Virus record (IMG/VR): IMGVR_UViG_3300037722_000331
Location: 1-42,056 of that record
DNA length: 42,056 nt
Source: a virus
Lineage: Duplodnaviria > Caudoviricetes
Direction: 5' to 3' (one strand)
Part shown: positions 37,029 to 42,056 of the stretch, one piece after another
How positions within the stretch are numbered: the first letter of the stretch is position 1
How the letters are laid out: every line of letters begins with the position of its first letter
Position numbers and translations under genes: made by a program
The notes under the pieces: generated by a model
The model's database searches: none
What the model was told of the DNA's origin: nothing
What the model saw: the letters and a program-made list of their open reading frames with translations, nothing else

Positions 37029-37542
37029 CATGTGAGTGGCAAGCGAAAGCTTTCCCATTGACCTGCTTCCAACCCCTGCCCAATCTCCTGTGATGAGCAT
37101 AACGATCACGCCTCTACGGATACCTCAGGTGCACTCAAGCATGTGCGGCACGGCCTTAATCTACGGATACAGGGCTGTGCACCGAGGACAACGGCGAAGG
37201 CCCCAAGGTTACAAGCTCAGGTTTGTGAATGAAGGATGAAGATGTCTAGGTACGCGATACCCCTATACACTCCGATATGATCCCCACCCTCATTAGCGCT
37301 AGCCCTGTAATAGGACCCCACTGTAAGATACACAACGTAAGTATGCACTGATTTGCTGGTTACTGGCTGCTACCTAATAGGGGAGGGGGTTAGGGGGAGA
37401 ACAATGGGTTAGCTATCGTTCTTAAGGTAATCCATGACCACCATTCCTCCCGCAGCGTTTGAGCATTGCAAAGCCCCCTTTCCCGTGCTATATAAGCGCA
37501 GACCTTCCTCATTCCCATACATAGCAAGGAGTATTCCTCATC

Positions 37543-38328
37543 ATGGTCGCCCCCGTAAAGAAACCCTCAGCCGTCATTCTTCTAAGGCCCCGCAACTCCA
37601 ACGTCGTCCTGGCCCCGTGCAAGCTGGGGTGGGCAAACCTCATCGAGCCCGATGACAAGTATGGCAAGCCCCGGTTCAACGCCAAGTTTCACTTCTCCGA
37701 TGCCGTCTATGCCCGTAACCTCTCTCTGATCGAAGAGGCTGTGGAAGCCCTGATGCCGGAGTTCGTCAAGGAGTGTGCCGCCTTCAAGGACCTGAAGACC
37801 GGCAAGCCCAGGCCGTATGAGCTTCCTACCGATAAGATCGACGTGGAAGCCTGGATGCAGAACAAGATCAAGGAGCCGGGTGAGAACTCCCCGATCAAGG
37901 ACCCCACCTTCCTGATCTCTCTCAAGCACCGCAAAGGTGTGTCCAAGAAGGACGGCTCCTCATGGGAAGTCCGGCCCCGCGCGTGGTCCGGCTCCAATGA
38001 GCTTCTCAATCTGAGGACTCTCAAGATGGGCTCGGGATCGGTGGTTCAGCCGGTGGTCAACATCGGCTTGTTCGTGGCCCCCAATCAACCTGACCCTGCC
38101 ATTGCTCTGGAGCTTGTTGGCGTCAGGGTTCTCAAGCTGGTCCAGTATCAGGGCGGTCAAGGTCCGAAGCTCGACAAGATGACAGATGAAGACCTTGCCA
38201 TGCTCGGCGATGATGAGGACATTGACGATCTGTCCTCGTTCCTGGGTAACAGCCTAACTACTCCCGAAGCCGCCCCTGAAGGAGCTAGTGGCTCTGCCGC
38301 CGAAGAAGGAGATGAGCCTCCCCTCTAG
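37543..38328 (+). CDS. Single-stranded DNA-binding protein (gp2.5-like)
   Basis: W..L.EPD.KYG, KMGSGS, L.GVRVLKLV.Y.G, acidic tail; AAGGAG SD. Confidence 0.88.
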   Translation: MVAPVKKPSAVILLRPRNSNVVLAPCKLGWANLIEPDDKYGKPRFNAKFHFSDAVYARNLSLIEEAVEALMPEFVKECAAFKDLKTGKPRPYELPTDKIDVEAWMQNKIKEPGENSPIKDPTFLISLKHRKGVSKKDGSSWEVRPRAWSGSNELLNLRTLKMGSGSVVQPVVNIGLFVAPNQPDPAIALELVGVRVLKLVQYQGGQGPKLDKMTDEDLAMLGDDEDIDDLSSFLGNSLTTPEAAPEGASGSAAEEGDEPPL

Positions 38329-38340
38329 CGAAAGCTAGTT
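38325..38340 (+). terminator. Short GAAA-tetraloop hairpin at SSB stop
   Basis: CTAGC GAAA GCTAG TT, followed by CTAG-rich short repeats. Confidence 0.35.
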
Positions 38341-38495
38341 AGCCTAGCCTCTAGCCATCTGTTAAGAGCAACGCAGCCCGCTGGTGAGTTCTTACCCCTT
38401 TAGGCCACCTAGGTAGCCCAAAGAAAAGTACTCACTGGCGAGGCTCCTAGGGGCTCCTGCGTGCATATAGCCTTCTTCCCCAATAAGCAATCCAT

Positions 38496-38528
38496 CTTTG
38501 TTACCATAATAGAGGACCAGGAAGCGAT
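38496..38528 (+). promoter_or_regulatory. Candidate phage RNAP promoter, copy 2
   Basis: CTTTGTTACCATAATAGAGGACCAGGAAGCGAT; intergenic, upstream of the endonuclease cluster. Confidence 0.65.
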
Positions 38529-38631
38529 TAGTTGCTAACTGGTCTGTTTTGTCTATTATCGCAGCAAGGAGTCCCCGATAGTCACCACCGATAAGACTAA
38601 CCCCAAGGTCCTTATTGATAGGGACCGCCTG

Positions 38632-38883
38632 ATGAATGCCGACTCCACCGAAGTTGCCCGCCTCTGTGCCCGCATCTTCCATATCGTCCAGAGCAAACGC
38701 CCCGAGCTTCAACTCCTGGGCCTTGCTTCTGCATTCATCATTCTGTCCGAGACCACAGGCATTCCCGCCCAGGATGTGTTCTCGGCAGTTCGCAATCTGA
38801 TGTACGATCCGATCCACTCTTCGGGCCGTAAACACCAATTTGACGCCATGCGATTTTACATGAAGGAGGATGTTCTTGTTTAG
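38632..38883 (+). CDS. Hypothetical protein
   Basis: AGGGA SD; helical, protein-like composition. Confidence 0.7.
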   Translation: MNADSTEVARLCARIFHIVQSKRPELQLLGLASAFIILSETTGIPAQDVFSAVRNLMYDPIHSSGRKHQFDAMRFYMKEDVLV

Positions 38884-39190
38884 TTCTCTTTTGAGCGCCG
38901 CCAAGACGGCCATGACCATCCTCGCCTTTCTCTGTGGCATCCCTCTCGTTTCCCGAAAAGTATCCGCATTCAAGGCGAAGTACTTGGCTTCGCTCAGGGC
39001 GAAGTTCAGGAAGCAAATCTCCCGGCCTGACGAAGGCGCAATCCATAGGGGCGACCTGATCGTCGATCCCATGAACCCCGAAGACTGTGCCCATCGTGGA
39101 GGCTTCTGCGGTGCCTGCCCCTTCAATAGCGAATGCAAGAACCCGGACCAGATGCAAGCATCCTACTGGCCCGCTATGTGGGAGCTTTAA
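38870..39190 (+). CDS. Hypothetical protein with Cys cluster
   Basis: C......C..C.....C near the C-terminus; fills the gap. Confidence 0.5.
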   Translation: MFLFSSLLSAAKTAMTILAFLCGIPLVSRKVSAFKAKYLASLRAKFRKQISRPDEGAIHRGDLIVDPMNPEDCAHRGGFCGACPFNSECKNPDQMQASYWPAMWEL

Positions 39191-39660
39191 TAGCCACCCG
39201 GTTCAAGCGGTATAACGCCTACGCTCGCCAACATTCCGTAGCCTCATACAGGTCCGGCCTTGAAGACAGGGTCGCGAGCCAGATCGCCGCTGCTGGCCTC
39301 CCTGTCCTGTACGAGACGCTGCCCCTGCCTTATCGACAGCCCTCAAAAGTCCATAAATACACCCCGGACTTCATTCTGCCCAATGGCATCGTGATCGAGT
39401 CTAAAGGCATGTTCACAGTCGAAGATCGCAACAAGATGGTGCTCGTTAAACAGCAGCATCCCAACCTCGATATTCGGCTGGTCTTCTCTAATCCCCAATC
39501 CCGCCTCTATAAGAGGTCCCCGACAAGTTACGCCCTGTGGTGTGACAGGATGGGGTTCCCCTGGGCCAGGAAGGAAATTCCCGCCCCCTGGTTCACTGAA
39601 GCGCCCAACCATAAGAGTCTCGCCGCCCTCAAAGCGTTAGGATATATCGAGGCGGCATAG
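39190..39660 (+). CDS. Endonuclease I / Holliday junction resolvase (gp3-like)
   Basis: YRSGLE, YTPDFILPNG..IESKG.F..EDR.K, DIRLVFSN. Start uncertain (ATA 39190, GTG 39178 or ATG 39133). Confidence 0.95.
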   Translation: MATRFKRYNAYARQHSVASYRSGLEDRVASQIAAAGLPVLYETLPLPYRQPSKVHKYTPDFILPNGIVIESKGMFTVEDRNKMVLVKQQHPNLDIRLVFSNPQSRLYKRSPTSYALWCDRMGFPWARKEIPAPWFTEAPNHKSLAALKALGYIEAA

Positions 39661-39663
39661 CTA

Positions 39664-39692
39664 TTGACAATCTCTGGCTGGCTTGCTAGGTA
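39664..39692 (+). promoter_or_regulatory. Sigma70-type promoter
   Basis: TTGACA-N17-TAGGTA with extended TG; same CTATTGACAA context as the early promoter. Confidence 0.55.
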
Positions 39693-39746
39693 GGATCATC
39701 ATCAGTTCGATGACCAACTTAACAAGTCACGCCAGAGAGGCTCATC

Positions 39747-40229
39747 ATGTCTGAACAATCCGTGAACAAACAGTCGCACCCCTATCCGTCCAACGCTAAC
39801 GGAGACCCCGAGTTCGCCTCCGTCTTGGTCACGCTCGATCCCAAATTCATCAGCCGGGGGGATCATCACGTCGTCCAGAAGATGGTCTATTCGACACAGA
39901 TGCCCGAGGAGACCGTTCTCTCGCTCTTCAAATACTACGGGGAAGCTGAGTTCGCCCAACGCCCGGACATCGTGGAAATCCTTGGCAACGGGTTCCTGAA
40001 GCCGGCGGTCTATGTGTACACAACCCGGCTAGGCGTCATGGAAATCTGCCTTGGCACGGGTGTCCTGAGAACAATCATTGAGCGCATCGGCAGGGGTTCA
40101 GCGCTTCTGGGGATCGCCGGTTTGATCGAGCAGATTGTCAGCCCTATGCTGGAGCAGACCAAGGCGGCGCGCGGCGGTGAAATCCCTCCGCTGTTCATGG
40201 CGCAGCTTAGTGAAGAAGCTATTCGCTAG
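39747..40229 (+). CDS. Hypothetical protein
   Basis: GAGG SD; 160 aa. Confidence 0.7.
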   Translation: MSEQSVNKQSHPYPSNANGDPEFASVLVTLDPKFISRGDHHVVQKMVYSTQMPEETVLSLFKYYGEAEFAQRPDIVEILGNGFLKPAVYVYTTRLGVMEICLGTGVLRTIIERIGRGSALLGIAGLIEQIVSPMLEQTKAARGGEIPPLFMAQLSEEAIR

Positions 40230-40242
40230 GGGGCTTTGTCAC

Positions 40243-40872
40243 ATGGAAGCCGATTTCACAAAAGCATTCGACAATCTCATGCTCAATGAGGGTGGGGAGC
40301 GTTTCGTCAACGATCCTGACGATCCGGGCGGCGCAACCAAATGGGGCGTATCACTCCGGTTTCTTGAACAGCTTTGGGAAGCGACTGATCCCGTCTACAC
40401 AGCGGTTATAGGAGCTAAGCCCCCTACAGAGTATACCATCAAAGCCCTCTATCGGTCTCAAGCCGAGAGGCTGGCTCACGCGAAGTTTTGGATGCCGTGC
40501 TTCTGCTATAGCATGTCACAGGATGTCGCAGAGGCCGTGTTCGATTTCGCATATAACGCGGGTGTGAGAACCTCAGTCCGTACATTGCAGCGGGCCATGA
40601 ACAACATCACGCTTTCGTGGGTTGATAAAGCTGCCATAAAAGTGGATGGCTTTGCAGGCCCCCAGACCATTGAGATGCTTGACAACATTTTCAAAGAAGA
40701 AGGCGATGATGCAATTCTTTCTGAGTTCAGCATCTTACGAGGAAATTTCTACAAGGCGCTGGCCGCTCAGAGGCCGGCTCTGACAAAGTACTTGCGTGGT
40801 TGGGCAAAACGCGCTATCGCCAAGGACACATCTGATCTGCCCACAGAACTTGAACAGGAAATAAAGGAGTAA
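40243..40872 (+). CDS. Endolysin, glycoside hydrolase family 108 with PG-binding domain
   Basis: EGG..VNDPDDPGGATKWGVS, FDFAYNAG, VDG..GPQT, YLRGW..R. Confidence 0.93.
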   Translation: MEADFTKAFDNLMLNEGGERFVNDPDDPGGATKWGVSLRFLEQLWEATDPVYTAVIGAKPPTEYTIKALYRSQAERLAHAKFWMPCFCYSMSQDVAEAVFDFAYNAGVRTSVRTLQRAMNNITLSWVDKAAIKVDGFAGPQTIEMLDNIFKEEGDDAILSEFSILRGNFYKALAAQRPALTKYLRGWAKRAIAKDTSDLPTELEQEIKE

Positions 40873-40878
40873 TTTCTC

Positions 40879-41481
40879 ATGGCTTCACAGACTCGCAGAT
40901 ACGCCGTTGTGGCGACAGTACCGTGGATCGGTAACGGTCAGCCCTTCACGAAGACGTTTGCCTATACTTATGACGACGCCATTCAGGCCCAGGTTCCGAC
41001 TGAAGCCGTGATCTCAGCCGAAGCAAAGCGACTGATCTCCTTCAACGACGACGCGGCGGCTACATGGGATGCTGCGAAACTTGGCTCTATTCTTGAAGCC
41101 GGCGATATTCGGATCGACTTCATTCAGGAACTTCAAACCCTCCTCAGTCCCTATGCGACAGCCTACCTTGTTGCTGGTGGCGCTTCCGTCGTAACGCCTC
41201 CCCAGTTCGCCTCTCTAAAGGGCGTCGCTGTTGCTGCCGACGCGGTGAGCATCACCGGCGGCACTGCGGCAAACGTAGTCGGTGCTGGAGCTGTTGCCAA
41301 TGCGGTCATCGACGTGCTGATCGGCGGCGCGGTGTGGGCTCAAGGCGTGGCAGACGGTACAGGAGCATACGACATCGCTATTCCCGGTGTTGTCGTCACC
41401 GCTGCTTCCATGTCTACAAGGCAACGAGTTGGCGCGGCGATCTCTGCGGCCGGTACTGCCGTCACCGTTACTGTTACCTAA
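40879..41481 (+). CDS. Ala/Val/Thr-rich protein with Ig-like C-terminal domain
   Basis: AAGGAG SD; ADGTGAY...TAVTVTVT beta pattern. Confidence 0.6.
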   Translation: MASQTRRYAVVATVPWIGNGQPFTKTFAYTYDDAIQAQVPTEAVISAEAKRLISFNDDAAATWDAAKLGSILEAGDIRIDFIQELQTLLSPYATAYLVAGGASVVTPPQFASLKGVAVAADAVSITGGTAANVVGAGAVANAVIDVLIGGAVWAQGVADGTGAYDIAIPGVVVTAASMSTRQRVGAAISAAGTAVTVTVT

Positions 41482-41577
41482 TCGATTTGCGCACATCTTC
41501 CTCCCCCGGATAGTGCGCGAAGGTCCTGGGCATGACCTAAAAAGGCTCACTTTTCATAACAGAAGGTCTCCTTGCAC

Positions 41578-41895
41578 ATGGACTACTGCCGCGAATGCCA
41601 CCTGGTTCTTCCTCTCAGTTGCGGCCGGCAAGTGTTGCCCTGTCCGCCTCCTCTTGCGGTTGACCCCGCGAAGGATGTCCTGATACACTGCACCACGTGC
41701 AAGAAGACCTGGGCTATGCCCGTCTCCAAGGTGGTCAGCGGCAAGACACCTCGCCTCAAGATGTGCCCGACTTCGAAGTGCGATGCTGTGCTTCTCCATC
41801 CCAAGGATGATGCAATCGCCCCCCGACAATCAGAGGTCACCAAGAAACCGCGAGTAACCAAAAATGGCGCAGCCCCGAAACAAGAAGGAGAATAG
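41578..41895 (+). CDS. Cys-rich zinc-finger-like protein
   Basis: CREC, CTTC, CPTSKC. Confidence 0.6.
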   Translation: MDYCRECHLVLPLSCGRQVLPCPPPLAVDPAKDVLIHCTTCKKTWAMPVSKVVSGKTPRLKMCPTSKCDAVLLHPKDDAIAPRQSEVTKKPRVTKNGAAPKQEGE

Positions 41896-42056
41896 AGAGT
41901 CCTCTCCCTTCATAGACACTCATCTACCTTGCCCCAAGTGCGGCGGGTCCGACTGTCTTAGCGTAAGAGAGGATGGTACTGCTTTCTGCTTTTCTAACTG
42001 CGGAAACATTTCCGATTATAACGCTGCCCCCGCCGCTCCGCTTCCTCCGCGAATTA
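41864..42056 (+). CDS. Primase/helicase, 5' part
   Basis: MAQPRNKKENRESSPFIDTHLPCPKCGGSD... is in frame with 1-1704 across the join. Confidence 0.88.
   Translation, partial: MAQPRNKKENRESSPFIDTHLPCPKCGGSDCLSVREDGTAFCFSNCGNISDYNAAPAAPLPPRI
41930..42056. repeat. Terminal direct repeat, copy 2
   Basis: Identical to 1-127. Confidence 0.95.

Noticed and set aside
41930-42056. Biological terminal repeat
   Set aside because: It is 127 bp and mid-gene, so it fits an assembler overlap. The real ends are more likely near 28.0-28.3 kb.

Overview
The window looks like a complete, circularly permuted genome of a T7-like podophage (Autographiviridae-type), about 41,929 bp unique. Bases 1-127 are duplicated at 41930-42056, which is best explained as an assembly overlap. 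All credible genes are on the + strand. From the inferred physical start (~28.0-28.3 kb) the order is: host-RNAP promoter, small early genes, tyrosine recombinase, single-subunit RNA polymerase, SSB, endonuclease I, GH108 endolysin, primase/helicase (spanning the join), family A DNA polymerase, gp5.7-like protein, exonuclease, portal, scaffold, two membrane proteins, capsid, tail tube, ejection proteins, fibre modules, terminases and a GNAT. The most unusual features are: (1) five near-identical structured repeats that separate single early genes like cassettes and fold with bulge-helix-bulge geometry, upstream of a compact tyrosine recombinase; (2) a 316-codon ORF overprinted on the RNAP N-terminus that holds the clearer ribosome-binding site; (3) an RNAP apparently missing most of its thumb; (4) candidate anti-defence cargo (pentapeptide DNA-mimic-like and SAM-lyase/PII-fold-like proteins). 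An alphaproteobacterial host is only a weak inference from promoter style. All product calls come from motif recognition by eye; no searches were run.
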